Source: Pirellulales bacterium (GTDB lineage Bacteria > Planctomycetota > Planctomycetia > Pirellulales > JAICIG01). Taken from it: a stretch of DNA of 64,000 nucleotides. The notes under the pieces are model-generated. The model saw nothing but the letters and a program-made list of their open reading frames with translations, searched no databases and was not told the DNA's origin. This document shows positions 41,296 through 52,661 of the stretch, piece by piece. Within the stretch, counting starts at the first letter, position 1. Every line of letters begins with the position of its first letter. The stretch covers positions 128,756-192,755 of the forward strand of contig JBBDYJ010000032.1 in assembly GCA_040901675.1 (NCBI GenBank). The letters run 5' to 3'. A program made the translations under genes and the position numbers.

Positions 41296-42429
41296 GTGAT
41301 CATCGTCCTGAAGCCTGACGTCACCGAAGATCAAATCGAGCACGTGGTCCAGCGCGTGGAGGCGTTGGGCCTGCGGGCCCATCTGAGCCGGGGCACGTAT
41401 CGGACCATTATCGGCGTGATTGGCGACGAAACGGTCGTTCGCTCCGCTCCGCTGGAAGCGATTCCCGGCGTGGCGAGCGTCATGCCGATCCTGCCCCCGT
41501 TCAAGCTGGCCAGCAACGAGGCCCAACCCGAACCCACCGTAGTGGACGTGGCGGGCATAAAGATCGGCGGCGGCTACCTGGCCATGATCGCGGGCCCGTG
41601 CGCGGTCGAAGGGGCCGAGCGGATGGATGCGATCGCCGCTGCTATCAAGTCGGCCGGTGCCAACCTGCTGCGGGGCGGCGCCTTCAAGCCACGGACCAGC
41701 CCCTATGCCTACCAGGGCATGGGCGAGGAAGGCCTGAAGATCTTGCGTGACACGGGCGACCGTCACGGCCTGCCCGTGGTCACCGAGGTCATGGACCCGC
41801 GCCGGGTGGAACTGGTGTACCGCTACGCCGACATGTTTCAGATCGGCGCCCGCAACATGCAGAACTTCAACTTGCTGACCGAAGTGGGACAAACCCGCAA
41901 GCCCGTGCTGCTCAAGCGGGGCATGAGCGCCACCATCAAAGATCTGCTGATGAGCGCCGAATACATCCTGTCGGAGGGCAACAGCGCCGTGGTCTTGTGC
42001 GAGCGGGGAGTCCGAGGCTTCGACCCGGCGACTCGCAACCTGTTCGACGTGGCGGCCGTGCCCGCCACCAAGGCCTTGTCGCACTTGCCGATCATCGTCG
42101 ATCCGAGCCATGCCACGGGCCGCCCCGATCTGATCGGCCCCTGCGCCCTGGCGGGCGTGGCGGCCGGGGCCGACGGCGTGCACGTCGAGGTTCACAACTG
42201 CCCGGAGGAAGCTCTGTCGGACGGCCCGCAGGCCTTGCTGCCCGACCAGTACAGGGAGCTGGCAAGCCAGATCCGTTCGTTGGCCGGCCTGTTGGGTAAG
42301 ACCATTTCGACCCTGGACCGGGGCGGCATTGCCGGCGTCGCGGCCGGCCCCGATCGGTCGGGAGCCCAGCCGGCTGCCCCGGGCGCGTCCAAAGCGGCCG
42401 CGGCTGTCGCCAAGGGAGGCGCCTCTTGA
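41296..42429 (+). CDS. aroF: DAHP synthase type I-beta with N-terminal regulatory domain
   Basis: [42 protein letters not shown]. Confidence 0.95.
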   Translation: MIIVLKPDVTEDQIEHVVQRVEALGLRAHLSRGTYRTIIGVIGDETVVRSAPLEAIPGVASVMPILPPFKLASNEAQPEPTVVDVAGIKIGGGYLAMIAGPCAVEGAERMDAIAAAIKSAGANLLRGGAFKPRTSPYAYQGMGEEGLKILRDTGDRHGLPVVTEVMDPRRVELVYRYADMFQIGARNMQNFNLLTEVGQTRKPVLLKRGMSATIKDLLMSAEYILSEGNSAVVLCERGVRGFDPATRNLFDVAAVPATKALSHLPIIVDPSHATGRPDLIGPCALAGVAAGADGVHVEVHNCPEEALSDGPQALLPDQYRELASQIRSLAGLLGKTISTLDRGGIAGVAAGPDRSGAQPAAPGASKAAAAVAKGGAS

Positions 42430-43184
42430 GAAGACCGTTCGTCGCGGGCAACTGGAAGATGAACCTCGACCGCGGCGAGTCGATGGCCCTGGCCCGCGCG
42501 GTGGCCGACGGCGCCCGCGGTTTGGCCGGCATCGAGCTGGCGGTTTGCCCCGCCAGCGTGTATCTGGACGCTGTTTCGGCGGTGCTGGCGGGCAGTTCCG
42601 TCGGGCTGGGCGCTCAGAACATGTACCATGAGGCGGCCGGAGCGTTCACGGGCGAGATCAGCGCGGCGATGCTCGTCGACGTGGGCTGCCGCTACGTGAT
42701 CCTGGGCCACAGCGAGCGGCGGCACCTGTTGTGCGAGACCGACGGCGACGTCAACCACAAGCTGCACGCGGCGCTGGCGGCCGGTCTGACGCCGATTGTC
42801 TGCGTCGGCGAAATGCTGGGCGAGCGGGAAGCCGGACGGACCTCCGAGGTGATTCACCGGCAGTTCCAGGGCTCGCTGGCGGGCCTCTCGGCCGAACAGG
42901 CGCCGCGGGTGGTGATCGCCTACGAGCCGGTGTGGGCCATTGGAACGGGCAAGGTGGCCACCCCGGAACAAGCCGAGGAGGTACACGTCGATCTTCGCAA
43001 AATGTTGGCGGCCCGGTACAATCCAGAGGTGGCCGAATCGGTGCGGATCCAGTACGGCGGCAGCGTCAAGCCGGCCAACGCGGCCGAACTGCTGCATCAG
43101 CCGAATGTCGATGGGGCGCTCGTCGGGGGCGCCAGTCTCAAGGCCGACGATTTTCTGGCCATTGCCGCCGCCGGCAAAGCATGA
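42426..43184 (+). CDS. tpiA: Triosephosphate isomerase
   Basis: [37 protein letters not shown]. Confidence 0.98.
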   Translation: MRRPFVAGNWKMNLDRGESMALARAVADGARGLAGIELAVCPASVYLDAVSAVLAGSSVGLGAQNMYHEAAGAFTGEISAAMLVDVGCRYVILGHSERRHLLCETDGDVNHKLHAALAAGLTPIVCVGEMLGEREAGRTSEVIHRQFQGSLAGLSAEQAPRVVIAYEPVWAIGTGKVATPEQAEEVHVDLRKMLAARYNPEVAESVRIQYGGSVKPANAAELLHQPNVDGALVGGASLKADDFLAIAAAGKA

Positions 43185-43222
43185 GCCCCGACCGACGTGC
43201 CGGCCAAACGTAGGAGCGAGTT

Positions 43223-43735
43223 ATGGGTCCTTTGTTCATGATTCTGATGTTCTTTACCGGCCTGTTCCTGATCGTGCTGGTGCTGTTGCAGCGCGGCCGG
43301 GGCGGCGGCCTGGCCGGCGCCCTGGGCGGCATGGGCGGTCAGAGCGCTTTCGGCGCCAAGGCGGGCGACATGTTCACCAGGATCACGGCGGCCGTGGCCG
43401 TGTTCTGGATTCTGCTGTGCGTCGGCGCGGTCAAGTATTTCAGCCCGGAGAGCGACGCCTTCGACGAAGGGTTGGGCGGAGCGGCCGTGGAACAACCGCT
43501 GGACGACGCCGGTCTGCCGAGAGATGCCGCTGGCCGCAGCCGGGGCGGCGAAGGGGGCGCCAAGGCGGGCACGGGCGGAGCCTCCGGGACGAAAGCCGGC
43601 GGTGCAAAAGGCGCGTCCAGCACCAAGTCCGCAACGGGCAGTCCCAACGGTGCAACGGGCGACCGCGGCGTGGAGGCGGAGACGGAACCACCCGCCTCCC
43701 GGGAGAAAGCGAGCGGGTCGTCGGCTGAAAAGTAA
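43223..43735 (+). CDS. secG: Preprotein translocase SecG with long low-complexity tail
   Basis: LIVLVLLQRGRGGGLAGALGG..SAFG...FTRIT. Confidence 0.92.
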   Translation: MGPLFMILMFFTGLFLIVLVLLQRGRGGGLAGALGGMGGQSAFGAKAGDMFTRITAAVAVFWILLCVGAVKYFSPESDAFDEGLGGAAVEQPLDDAGLPRDAAGRSRGGEGGAKAGTGGASGTKAGGAKGASSTKSATGSPNGATGDRGVEAETEPPASREKASGSSAEK

Positions 43736-43783
43736 ACGGCTGGATCGGATCGCCAGACTCACTTGCTTCGGAGTTCTTCCCCC

Positions 43784-44662
43784 TTGCTGCTGAGCATGAC
43801 CGGCTTCGGAGAGGCGCGGCGCCAGAACGAGTCGCTGGTCGTGTCGGTGGAAGTGCGCACGATCAACGGCCGCTATTTCAAGCTGGCGTTGAAGTGCCCC
43901 GAGGGGTACGGCGGCTGGGAGGCGGAGATCGAAAACCTGGTGCGGCACCGGATCCGCCGGGGCTCGGTGCAGGTCTCGCTGCGGGTGGACCACTTGGGCA
44001 GCGTCGACGCCTATCGGCTGGACCCCGCGGTGCTGGCAGGCTATCGCCGCCAGATCAACGAGTTGAACCGCCAGTGGAACCTGACCGACAGCGTGCGGCT
44101 GGAATCGCTGCTGAGCCTGCCCGGCGTGGTGCTGGAGGGCAACCCCGCCGTCCTGGAGAGCGAGTGGCCGCTGGTCCGCGAGACGCTCCAGGAAGCGATG
44201 CAGAACCTGGATCGCATGCGGGGCGACGAGGGCCAGGCCATGGCGGACGATCTGGCGGCCAATTGCCGCTTGATCGCCGCCGAGCTGGACGGGATTGCGG
44301 GGCGGGCCCCGGCCGTCGTGGAGGCGTATCGCGCGCGGCTGGCAGAGCGGCTGCAAACGCTGCTCTCGGAGTACTCGGTCACGCTCGATCCGGCGGACCT
44401 GATCAAGGAAGTCGGCATTTTTGCGGAGCGGAGCGACATCTCCGAAGAAATCGTCCGGCTGCGCAGCCATCTGGAGCAGTTCGATACCATCATGGACCAG
44501 GCCGAGAGTGCCGGCCGCAAGCTAGAATTTCTTACCCAGGAGATGTTTCGCGAAACCAACACGATCGGCTCCAAGGCCGGCGACGTGCAAATCGCGCGGC
44601 ACGTGATCGAGGTCAAGGCGGCCATCGAACGGATCCGCGAAATGATCCAGAACATCGAGTGA
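43784..44662 (+). CDS. yicC: YicC/YloC family endoribonuclease
   Basis: [44 protein letters not shown]. Confidence 0.93.
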   Translation: MLLSMTGFGEARRQNESLVVSVEVRTINGRYFKLALKCPEGYGGWEAEIENLVRHRIRRGSVQVSLRVDHLGSVDAYRLDPAVLAGYRRQINELNRQWNLTDSVRLESLLSLPGVVLEGNPAVLESEWPLVRETLQEAMQNLDRMRGDEGQAMADDLAANCRLIAAELDGIAGRAPAVVEAYRARLAERLQTLLSEYSVTLDPADLIKEVGIFAERSDISEEIVRLRSHLEQFDTIMDQAESAGRKLEFLTQEMFRETNTIGSKAGDVQIARHVIEVKAAIERIREMIQNIE

Positions 44663-44702
44663 CTGCATCGGCAATGCGGCTGCGCGCCGAGGAGTTCACG
44701 GC

Positions 44703-45281
44703 ATGGCGACCGTCGCGGGAGGCAAGCTGGTGGTGATTTCGGGCCCCAGCGGCGCGGGCAAGACCACGCTGTTGAAGCAGCTCTACGCCCGGTCGCGCGC
44801 CCCGCTGGTGCCCAGCGTGTCGGCCACCACCCGTGCTCCGCGGCGCGGCGAAGTGGATGGAGTGGACTATCACTTTCTCACCCCGGACGAGTTCGCCCGG
44901 CGGCGGGAGGCGGGCGAGTTTCTCGAGTGTTGCGAGGTTTTTGGGCGGGGGGACTGGTACGGGACGCTCAAGAGCGAGGTCACCCCTAGCCTCGCCGCGG
45001 GTAAATGGGTAGTCTTAGAAATCGACGTTCAGGGCATGCTGGCGGTGCTGGAGCATTATCCCGACGCGCTGACCATCTTCGTCCGCCCCGGATCGGCCGC
45101 GGAGTTGGAACGCCGTCTCCGCGATCGGGGCACCGAGAGTGAGGCCGCACTGGCGCGGCGGCTGGAAGTGGCTCGCCACGAGTTGTCGTTCGCCGACCGC
45201 TACCGCTACCAGGTCGTCAACGACGACGTCGAGCGGGCCGTCCGGGAGATTTGTGAAATTCTTTCCACTTGTGGAGGTTGA
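44703..45281 (+). CDS. gmk: Guanylate kinase
   Basis: [39 protein letters not shown]. Confidence 0.96.
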   Translation: MATVAGGKLVVISGPSGAGKTTLLKQLYARSRAPLVPSVSATTRAPRRGEVDGVDYHFLTPDEFARRREAGEFLECCEVFGRGDWYGTLKSEVTPSLAAGKWVVLEIDVQGMLAVLEHYPDALTIFVRPGSAAELERRLRDRGTESEAALARRLEVARHELSFADRYRYQVVNDDVERAVREICEILSTCGG

Positions 45282-45286
45282 CCGAG

Positions 45287-45550
45287 ATGCTTGACGATCT
45301 TCGCGAGGAAGCGATCGTGAACAAGGTGGGTGGCCGCTTCAAACTTTCGACCCTGATCCAGAAGCGGCTCGTCGCCTTGAACGGTGGCAGCCGACCGCTG
45401 GTCGACCTGAACACCAACGACAAGCTGGAAATCGTGATTCAGGAGATCATCCAGGACAAAATCTACCTGGACACTTCGGCCACCGTGCGCGTGACCGGGC
45501 AGCCGGACGAAGGCGGAGGGCCCCCCGAACTCGACCTGAGCAACCTCTAG
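45287..45550 (+). CDS. rpoZ: RNA polymerase omega subunit
   Basis: [15 protein letters not shown]; conserved gmk-rpoZ-coa synteny. Confidence 0.85.
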   Translation: MLDDLREEAIVNKVGGRFKLSTLIQKRLVALNGGSRPLVDLNTNDKLEIVIQEIIQDKIYLDTSATVRVTGQPDEGGGPPELDLSNL

Positions 45551-45570
45551 CGCCCCGAAGGGGGCCACGC

Positions 45571-46110
45571 ATGAAGGGCCGCGAACTCGTAATCGGCGTG
45601 ACCGGAGGCGTTTCCGCTTACAAGACGGCCGCCCTGGTCAGCCAGTTGGTGCAGGCCGGCGCGGGCGTCTCGGTGGTCATGACGCACGCTGCCCTCGAGT
45701 TCATCGGCCCCAGCACGTTCGAGGCTTTGACCGGACGGCCGGTGCACCGCCAGGTCTTCCACGAAGCGGGACATCCCCTGGGCGCCCACATCGACCTGGC
45801 CGAGCGGGCCGAGCTGTTGTGCGTGGCGCCGGCCACCGCGAACTTTCTGGCCAAGGCGGCCTGCGGGATGGCCGACGACCTGCTGAGCACGCTGGTGCTC
45901 TCGTTTTCGCGGACGCTGGTGGTGGCGCCGGCGATGAACTGCGAGATGTGGGCCAAGGCTTCCGTGCAGCGCAACGTCGAGCAACTCCGCCGCGACGGCG
46001 CGGTGATTGTCGATCCGGAGGAGGGTTGGCTCAGTTGCCGCAAGCAAGGTGCGGGACGGATGGCTTCGCCCGAAACGATTCGCGCCGTGATCGAACAACG
46101 GCTTCAATAA
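45571..46110 (+). CDS. coaC: Phosphopantothenoylcysteine decarboxylase (standalone CoaC)
   Basis: GVTGGVSAYK, HIDLA, APATAN, PAMNCEMW, GAGRM. Confidence 0.92.
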   Translation: MKGRELVIGVTGGVSAYKTAALVSQLVQAGAGVSVVMTHAALEFIGPSTFEALTGRPVHRQVFHEAGHPLGAHIDLAERAELLCVAPATANFLAKAACGMADDLLSTLVLSFSRTLVVAPAMNCEMWAKASVQRNVEQLRRDGAVIVDPEEGWLSCRKQGAGRMASPETIRAVIEQRLQ

Positions 46111-46129
46111 GGGCCGGTGCCGCATCCCC

Positions 46130-46822
46130 GTGGCTCGCATCCTGATCACCTCCGGTCCCACGCGGCAATACCTCGACCCGGTCCGTTATCTGACGAACGC
46201 TTCGAGCGGGCGAATGGGCCGGGCCCTGGCCGACGCGGCCCTGGAGGCGGGACACAGCGTGGTCGTGGTGAGCGGCCCGGTCGAAGTCACGTACCCGGCC
46301 GCGGCCGAAGTGATCGACGTGATTTCGACGGAGGAGATGCTGGAAGCGTGCCGGCGGGTTTTTCCGGCCTGCGACGGCCTGGTGGGCGTGGCCGCCCCCT
46401 GCGATTATCGGCCGGTGCGCGTGGCGGATGGCAAGATCCAAAAGACCGGGCAGCCGCTGGAGCTGCGCCTGGTTGAAACGCCCGACGTCGTGGCCACGCT
46501 GGGGGCGGAGAAACAGCACCAATGGCTGGTCGGGTTCGCGCTGGAGACCGACGACCACCGCCTGCGGGCTTTGGCCAAGCTGGAAAAGAAGAGCTGCGAT
46601 CTGATGGTCCTCAACAGCCCCGCGGCGATGAGCGCCTTGGACACCCAGGTGGAGGTAATCGACCGCGACGGGCGGGTGATCCAAGCGCTGGCCGGGACGA
46701 AAGAAGAAGTGGCCCGCGGCATCTTTGCCGTGATCGAGGAGCGGCTGGTGAGGAAAGGAGGAAGGAGGAAGGCAGAGGGCAGAGGGCAGAGGGCAGAAGG
46801 CAGAAGGCCGGAGAAGGAATAA
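46130..46822 (+). CDS. coaB: Phosphopantothenate-cysteine ligase (standalone CoaB)
   Basis: LITSGPTRQYLDPVRYLTNASSGRMG, AAPCDY, VGFALET. Confidence 0.92.
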   Translation: MARILITSGPTRQYLDPVRYLTNASSGRMGRALADAALEAGHSVVVVSGPVEVTYPAAAEVIDVISTEEMLEACRRVFPACDGLVGVAAPCDYRPVRVADGKIQKTGQPLELRLVETPDVVATLGAEKQHQWLVGFALETDDHRLRALAKLEKKSCDLMVLNSPAAMSALDTQVEVIDRDGRVIQALAGTKEEVARGIFAVIEERLVRKGGRRKAEGRGQRAEGRRPEKE

Positions 46823-46910
46823 CGCCGACCGGCGAGGAATCGAACAGGTGATACACCAGCTACCGACGGGACGAAGGTTGTCCTGACTCCTCTTTCCTCC
46901 TTCCTCCTTC
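46751..46910. repeat. Heptamer arrays (GAAGGAG, GAGGGCA) in coaB tail with inverted CTTCCTC array at the convergent gene end
   Basis: aggaaaggaggaaggaggaaggcagagggcagagggcagagggcagaagg...ctcctctttcctccttcctccttc. Confidence 0.85.
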
Positions 46911-46914
46911 AGGA

Positions 46915-48273
46915 TTATTCCGGTCGGGCGCGGGGGAGGGGGACGTTGCGCAGGTCGATTTCCATTTGCCTTTGGGCGCGGATCCGCGGATAGACGAATC
47001 GCAGCCGCTTGGGCGTGCTGTTGGCGCTTTCGCCGGTGAAGGTGATCTTCATCCGGGCGCCCTGCGGAGTCAGACTGTTGGTCTGGCCCTGCCGGCGAAA
47101 GGCCCGGCCTTCGGCGTCGAACAGGTGCACCTCGTTTTCCTGGAACACCAGTTCCTGAGGTTCCGGCACCACGAGGTCGCGGACGACCAACAGGACGATC
47201 TCGCAGCGCTGGGAGGGGCCGCTTTTAAAGCTTTCGATCACCAGCTCCACGTTGTCCTGAAAGTGGGGCTGCTGCGATTCCAGGTCTTCGACGTCGATTT
47301 GGGCCATGTCGCCCACGGCGATCAGATCCCAGCGCAGCTTGAGGGTGTCGAGCCGGGTCGCCGCGGTCGAGGGCGGGTGCAGGCGCATGCTCAGCGCCAA
47401 CTGACGGGTGCCGCTGCCGGCGACGTTCCAGCCACCGGAGGCCGGCTGGGCCGCCGTGAGCCGCGTGCCCGTATCCGTGATCGCCTCGATCAGCTCGGCC
47501 TGGGAGCGGTAGGCCACCAGCTTGAAGCGGTCTTCCCAGAGGGCTTGAAGATCGAGCTGGAAGGTATGCGTCTGCTGGCTCTCGAGATTTTCATAATCGA
47601 GCTCTTCGGTGAACACCCGCCTGGCCGATGTGACCTGGACCCGCAAGGGACCGCTGTATGCCGCCGGGTTCTTGCCCGGTTGGCCGGAGACCAGGACCAG
47701 CCCCGGTTGGCGCGTGTCGTAGTGCGGGCGCACGCGGTTGCCCGTCTGCCGGCAGAGGTCGTCGACCACCTTCCAGAAGGCCGCGTTCGAATAGTCCAGC
47801 TCGACGGGCTGGTCGCGGAATGAACCATATTGATCGCCGACCAAGAGGCGGTTGCCTGTCTGGCCGGCAATGGTCTCGAGTGCCGCGGAAGCGGGAGTTC
47901 CGGAGGCGTGGATTGTGACCTGGCCGGCCGACCAGAGCTCCTCGACGGCCAGCCCTCGCAGCAGGTCCTTGGCCCGCAGGCGGACTTCGGCGTCGTCGCT
48001 GAGCGCAGCCTGCTGGAGCTGCTCGCGGGTGGCCATCCCCAGCTTGCTCAGCTCCGCATGGGCGCCGTCGCGCTCGGCGTACGAATCGCTCGCCAGCTTG
48101 CTGATCAGGCTGGCAATGCGGACCCGCTCGGCGGCTTCCTGGGCGGCCACCGGCGCCGCGCCCCACCAGCCAATCGCGGCCAGGGCCAATACCGCACCGC
48201 GTACGCGCCGGCTCTCCAAAGGCGTGCAGCGAAGCGGAGCCGAGGCCGGCGGCCTTCTTGGCGGCTTATCCAT
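46915..48273 (-). CDS. Secreted hypothetical protein (HEAT-like N-terminus, beta-rich body)
   Basis: Signal-like AVLALAAIGWWGAAPVAAQ; LISKLASDSYAERDGAHAEL...DAEVRLRA. Confidence 0.75.
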   Translation of the reverse strand: MDKPPRRPPASAPLRCTPLESRRVRGAVLALAAIGWWGAAPVAAQEAAERVRIASLISKLASDSYAERDGAHAELSKLGMATREQLQQAALSDDAEVRLRAKDLLRGLAVEELWSAGQVTIHASGTPASAALETIAGQTGNRLLVGDQYGSFRDQPVELDYSNAAFWKVVDDLCRQTGNRVRPHYDTRQPGLVLVSGQPGKNPAAYSGPLRVQVTSARRVFTEELDYENLESQQTHTFQLDLQALWEDRFKLVAYRSQAELIEAITDTGTRLTAAQPASGGWNVAGSGTRQLALSMRLHPPSTAATRLDTLKLRWDLIAVGDMAQIDVEDLESQQPHFQDNVELVIESFKSGPSQRCEIVLLVVRDLVVPEPQELVFQENEVHLFDAEGRAFRRQGQTNSLTPQGARMKITFTGESANSTPKRLRFVYPRIRAQRQMEIDLRNVPLPRARPE

Positions 48274-48510
48274 AACCTATCCCCCACAGGTTCCATCCCG
48301 TCGATTGGGGTCGCCAGCCGACACTGCCCGCCGCTTCCTGCGGCGGGGTGGAAAACCGCTTGCCCGCTTGCTAAAAACAAGGCCCTTGCTTGCTTCCGCT
48401 CCGCGGAACTCTGGGTTTTCGGGTGCGGAAGTTACGAAAAGCCGGCAATCGGGTCAATGCCGGATTGATCAATGGGGTCACTGGGCGAGCTGCGGAGCCG
48501 CCAAGCCGAT

Positions 48511-49464
48511 ATGGCCATCGACTGTCTAAGCGTGGGCGTGCTGGTGGCCGATCATCTCTGCGCACCGATTCCCCGGCTGCCCAAGGCGGGCGAGCTGATG
48601 TTGACCGACCATCTGCTGTTGAACATCGGCGGTTGTGCCTCGAACGCGGCCATGGACCTGGCGCGGCTGGGGGTGAAGGTGGGCGTGGTGGGGTGCGTGG
48701 GAGAAGACGCCTTTGGCCGTTTCGTCATCGAGACGCTCCAGGCGGAGGGCATCGACACCAGCTCGATTCGCCGCGTTGCCGGAGTCGGCACTTCGGGTAC
48801 GCTGATCATCAACGTCAAGGGAGAAGACCGCCGGTTCATCCACACGGTGGGAGCCAACGCGCGGTTGTCGATCGCCGATATACCGATCGAGCGGATCGGC
48901 GAGGTCAAGGTACTTTACGTGGGCGGCTACCTGCTCCTGCCGGGCCTGGTGGCGGAAGATCTGACCCGGCTGTTCCGCGAAGCGCGGCGGCAGGGCGTCA
49001 AGACGGTACTCGACATCGTCATGCCGGGGCCGGGCGACCACTGGCGGCAACTGGAAGGCTTGCTGGGCGAGACGGATGTTTTCCTGCCCAACAACGACGA
49101 AGCGGCCGCCTTGACCGGGACGGACGATCCGCGCCAGCAGGCCTTGCGGTTCCGGGAGGCGGGTGCGGGCACGGTGGTGATCACCTGCGGCGCACAGGGC
49201 ACGGTGCTGGTTTCCGACTCGTTGCGCCTGCAGGCCGACGTCTATCCGGTGCCGTATGTCGGCGCGACGGGCGCCGGCGACGCCTTCGACGCCGGCTACA
49301 TCGCCGGCCTGCTGGCCGGGGGCGATCCCAGGGAGTGTCTGCAGTGGGGCAGCGCCCTGGGGGCCAGTTGCGTGCGTTCGATCAGCGCCACCGAGAGCAT
49401 CTTCGACCGCGCCGAGGCCGAGGCCTTCATCCGCCAGCACCCACTCAAAATCGTTTCTTGGTGA
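48511..49464 (+). CDS. PfkB-family carbohydrate kinase
   Basis: IGGCASNAA, GCVGEDAFG, FLPNNDEA, GATGAGDAFDAG. Confidence 0.92.
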   Translation: MAIDCLSVGVLVADHLCAPIPRLPKAGELMLTDHLLLNIGGCASNAAMDLARLGVKVGVVGCVGEDAFGRFVIETLQAEGIDTSSIRRVAGVGTSGTLIINVKGEDRRFIHTVGANARLSIADIPIERIGEVKVLYVGGYLLLPGLVAEDLTRLFREARRQGVKTVLDIVMPGPGDHWRQLEGLLGETDVFLPNNDEAAALTGTDDPRQQALRFREAGAGTVVITCGAQGTVLVSDSLRLQADVYPVPYVGATGAGDAFDAGYIAGLLAGGDPRECLQWGSALGASCVRSISATESIFDRAEAEAFIRQHPLKIVSW

Positions 49465-49811
49465 TGACTATGCCCACCCTTGAATCCGTGAAGCAGAGCA
49501 TCGTGAGCGAGTGCGAGGAAGATCACGTCGGTCTTTGGTCCGTAATCCGGGATGTTGAGGAGTCTTTCCCGAAGGAAGCCGAAGCCGTCATCCGGGCGCG
49601 AGTCCTGACCCTGCTCGATGAACTGCTGCGTGCCCAGGAGATCCAAGCTGGTTTCCCGGCTCCTAATGGCCGGGAGTTTCGCCCCCTGACAATCGCTGCA
49701 GATGAGGTTCTCGCCCGGATTGAGGCAGCATGGCCCGTAGGTCGTCGCCCGACCATTGGTGAAGGGCCTTGGTTTACGAAGTCGAAAAAAGAAACGCCGA
49801 AAGAGGGTTGA
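49464..49811 (+). CDS. Hypothetical protein (115 aa), translationally coupled to the pfkB gene
   Basis: TGATG overlap; MTMPTLESV...DHVGLWSVI...RPTIGEGPWF. Confidence 0.65.
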   Translation: MTMPTLESVKQSIVSECEEDHVGLWSVIRDVEESFPKEAEAVIRARVLTLLDELLRAQEIQAGFPAPNGREFRPLTIAADEVLARIEAAWPVGRRPTIGEGPWFTKSKKETPKEG

Positions 49812-49970
49812 GCTTCTACTCTGTGCCTGCGTGAGTGGGCCGCCGGGTTGCCATGCCTTCCTCCTCCCCCGCGAACTTCCGGCCCCTTGGCCGTGTCGAT
49901 CAGGCAAGACTATACTGCCGGGGTCCAACGCTTTGGCCCGCCCCAAGAGTGCAAGCGTGAAAAACTCGCC

Positions 49971-50978
49971 ATGACCCGCGTTGCCATCCTGGGAGCCACC
50001 GGCTACTCGGCCCTCGAGCTGATCAAGATTCTGCTGCGGCACCCCGAGGCCGAGATCACCGCCGTCACCAGCCGGCAGGAAGGCAATCCGCACCTGGCCA
50101 GCGTCCACCCGTCGCTGGCGGGCCGCCTCGATCTGCACCTGGAGGACCTGGCTCCCCCGGCGGTGGCCGCCCGGGCCCAGTGCGTCTTCAGTTGCCTGCC
50201 CCATGGCGTGACCTCCTCGCTGGTGCCGGAATTGCTGGCCGGCGACTGCCGCGTGGTCGATTTCAGCGCCGACTACCGGCTCAAGAGCGCCGACGTGTAC
50301 GCCCAGTGGTACGGCCAGAAGCACGGCGATCCGGAGCGGTTGGGCATGGCCGCGTATGGGCTGCCCGAGCTGTTCCGCGAACAGATCGTCGAGGCCCAGC
50401 TCGTAGCCAATCCGGGTTGTTATCCCACGTCGGCCATCCTGCCGCTGGCGCCGCTGTTGAAGCGGGGGCTGGTCGAGCCGGAGGGGATTATCATCGACTC
50501 GAAGAGCGGCGTCTCCGGCGCCGGGCGGACGCCCAAGCTCACCACCCATTATCCCGAGTGCAACGAAAGCGTGTCGGCCTATAACGTGGGCCGCCACCGG
50601 CACACGCCGGAGATCGAGCAGGTGCTGAGCACGGCCAGCGGCATGGACGTGGCGGTGATCTTCACGCCGCACCTGGTACCGATGGACCGGGGCATCCTGA
50701 CGACCGCCTATTCGCGGCCTGCTTCGGCGGTGAGCGAGGAGCAGGTGCTCGATACGTTGCGGGAGTTCTACGCCGACGAGCCGTTCGTGCGGATCGTGGA
50801 CCATTTGCCGGGGACCAAGGACACCAGCGGCAACAACTTTTGCGACATCACGGCCCGCGTGGTGCGCGACCGGGTGATCACGATCAGTTGCCTCGACAAC
50901 CTGGTCAAGGGGGCGGCCGGGGCGGCCGTGCAGAACTTCAACCTCATGTACGGTTACGCCGAAACCACTGCGCTATAA
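49971..50978 (+). CDS. argC: N-acetyl-gamma-glutamyl-phosphate reductase
   Basis: [41 protein letters not shown]. Confidence 0.97.
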   Translation: MTRVAILGATGYSALELIKILLRHPEAEITAVTSRQEGNPHLASVHPSLAGRLDLHLEDLAPPAVAARAQCVFSCLPHGVTSSLVPELLAGDCRVVDFSADYRLKSADVYAQWYGQKHGDPERLGMAAYGLPELFREQIVEAQLVANPGCYPTSAILPLAPLLKRGLVEPEGIIIDSKSGVSGAGRTPKLTTHYPECNESVSAYNVGRHRHTPEIEQVLSTASGMDVAVIFTPHLVPMDRGILTTAYSRPASAVSEEQVLDTLREFYADEPFVRIVDHLPGTKDTSGNNFCDITARVVRDRVITISCLDNLVKGAAGAAVQNFNLMYGYAETTAL

Positions 50979-51034
50979 GACCGGCGCCCACGGCCGGCGG
51001 CCCATCCCACCTCAAATCCCGGAAACCCTTTGCG

Positions 51035-52228
51035 ATGGCGATCCTGGTTCCCCAAGGCTTTCGTCTGGCCGGCGTCCACGCGGGCATCAAGCGAAACCCT
51101 CAGAAACACGACATGGCGCTGGTGGTTTCGGACGTGCCGTCCGTGGCGGCGGGTTTGTACACGCAGAACCTGGTGTTCGCGGCCCCGGTCGGATTGAACC
51201 GCGGCCGGACTCCCGGCGAGGCGATTCGCTGCGTGGTGATCAACTCGGGCAACGCCAATGCCTGCACCGGCCCGCGTGGCGAGCGCGACGCGGCCCGCAT
51301 GGCCGAGCTGGCCGCCCGGGCCTGCGGAGCCCAGCCGCACCAGGCGCTGGTCCTCTCGACCGGCGTGATCGGCGAGTTCCTGCCGATGGAAAAGATCGAG
51401 CGGGGCATCCAGGCGGCCGCCGGCCAACTGGGCCGAGACGAGCAGTCGCTGGTTGGGGCGGCCCGCGGCATGATGACGACCGACACGCGGCATAAGCTGG
51501 CGGGGCGATCCTTCCGCCTGGCTGGCAGGCAGGTGGAGGTCACCGGAATGGCCAAGGGGGCGGCGATGATCGGCCCGCGGATGGCCACCATGCTGGGACT
51601 GCTGTTGACCGACGCGGCCCTGGAACCGGCGGTGGCGCAGGAGGCCCTGGTCCGCGCGGTGGACGAGAGCTTCAACTGCATCAGCGTCGACGGGCACATG
51701 AGCACCAACGACACAGTGCTGTTGTTGGCCAATGGCGCCGCGGGCACGTCGCCGCTGGCCGGCGCGGAGCTGGCCACGTTTCAGGGGATGCTGGCCGACG
51801 CCTGCCGCGAGCTGGCAAAGGCGATCCCGGCCGACGGGGAGGGCGCCACGCACCTGGTGACCATCGACGTGACCGGCTGTGCCACGCGGGCGGCCGCCCA
51901 CCGGATTGCCAAGTCGGTGGCCGAAAGCCCGCTGGTCAAGACGGCCATCGCCGGGGGCGACCCCAACTGGGGCCGGATCGTCTCGGCAGCCGGTTATGCG
52001 GGGGTGCCGTTCGACCCGGCTGGGGTGCGGCTCGAAATCAACGGCGTTGTGTTGTATCAGGACGGCTCGCCGGCCGCGTTCGACGCGGCGGCGGTCTCTC
52101 AATCGATCAAGGGCAATCGCGACACCAGCATCGTGCTGAGGTTTGGCGAAGGGGACGGCAGCGTGCGTTTCTGGACCACCGATCTGACGGCCGACTACGT
52201 CCGGCTCAACGCGGACTACCGCACGTGA
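51035..52228 (+). CDS. argJ: Ornithine acetyltransferase
   Basis: INSGNANACTG, STGVIG, MMTTDT, KGAAMIGPRMATML, STND, DGEGAT. Confidence 0.97.
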   Translation: MAILVPQGFRLAGVHAGIKRNPQKHDMALVVSDVPSVAAGLYTQNLVFAAPVGLNRGRTPGEAIRCVVINSGNANACTGPRGERDAARMAELAARACGAQPHQALVLSTGVIGEFLPMEKIERGIQAAAGQLGRDEQSLVGAARGMMTTDTRHKLAGRSFRLAGRQVEVTGMAKGAAMIGPRMATMLGLLLTDAALEPAVAQEALVRAVDESFNCISVDGHMSTNDTVLLLANGAAGTSPLAGAELATFQGMLADACRELAKAIPADGEGATHLVTIDVTGCATRAAAHRIAKSVAESPLVKTAIAGGDPNWGRIVSAAGYAGVPFDPAGVRLEINGVVLYQDGSPAAFDAAAVSQSIKGNRDTSIVLRFGEGDGSVRFWTTDLTADYVRLNADYRT

Positions 52229-52536
52229 GCCGTAAAGCACTGGAGCCTGGGAATGGGCGGCTGGCGGCAGACTCCCGGCGCGGGGATGCTTCCGTTCTCG
52301 TCGCCATCCGCCAGCCGTTTGACAATCGCCTCCGATGACCTAGGTTTGAGTTGCCGGCGGCAACCTATTTCATTGGCAATTCTATCTTTCGCCGGCCCAA
52401 TCAAGGCTTTCTCACCCCCGTGTTTGGGCGGGGCCCTCCTATTCGAGGGCCCTGCCCGTTTTTATTGGCCGCGCACCCCGCCAGACCACTCGCGGAGCGA
52501 GTGGACCACCCTGACGCCCCCCGCGCCCAGGGCTGC

Positions 52537-52565
52537 TTGACAAAACAGGCCGGGTTGAATAACAA
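52537..52565 (+). promoter_or_regulatory. Possible sigma70-type promoter
   Basis: TTGACA-N17-TAACAA. Confidence 0.35.
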
Positions 52566-52661
52566 CTACGTGCTTTGGGGGTGCAGGACTTCCAGAAGGC
52601 CTTCGGGCGGCTGCGGTTCGGGCGTTCCGACCAGGCCTCCCCGCCAGTTTCAGGTTTTGCC

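Noticed and set aside
45571..46822. Split coaC/coaB as a frameshifted coaBC pseudogene
   Set aside because: Both halves have their own starts, stops and intact motifs; separate genes are a known arrangement.
52230..52660. Riboswitch or ncRNA in the argJ downstream gap
   Set aside because: Only short hairpins and promoter-like hexamers; no family motif I can recognise (a covariance-model search would settle it).
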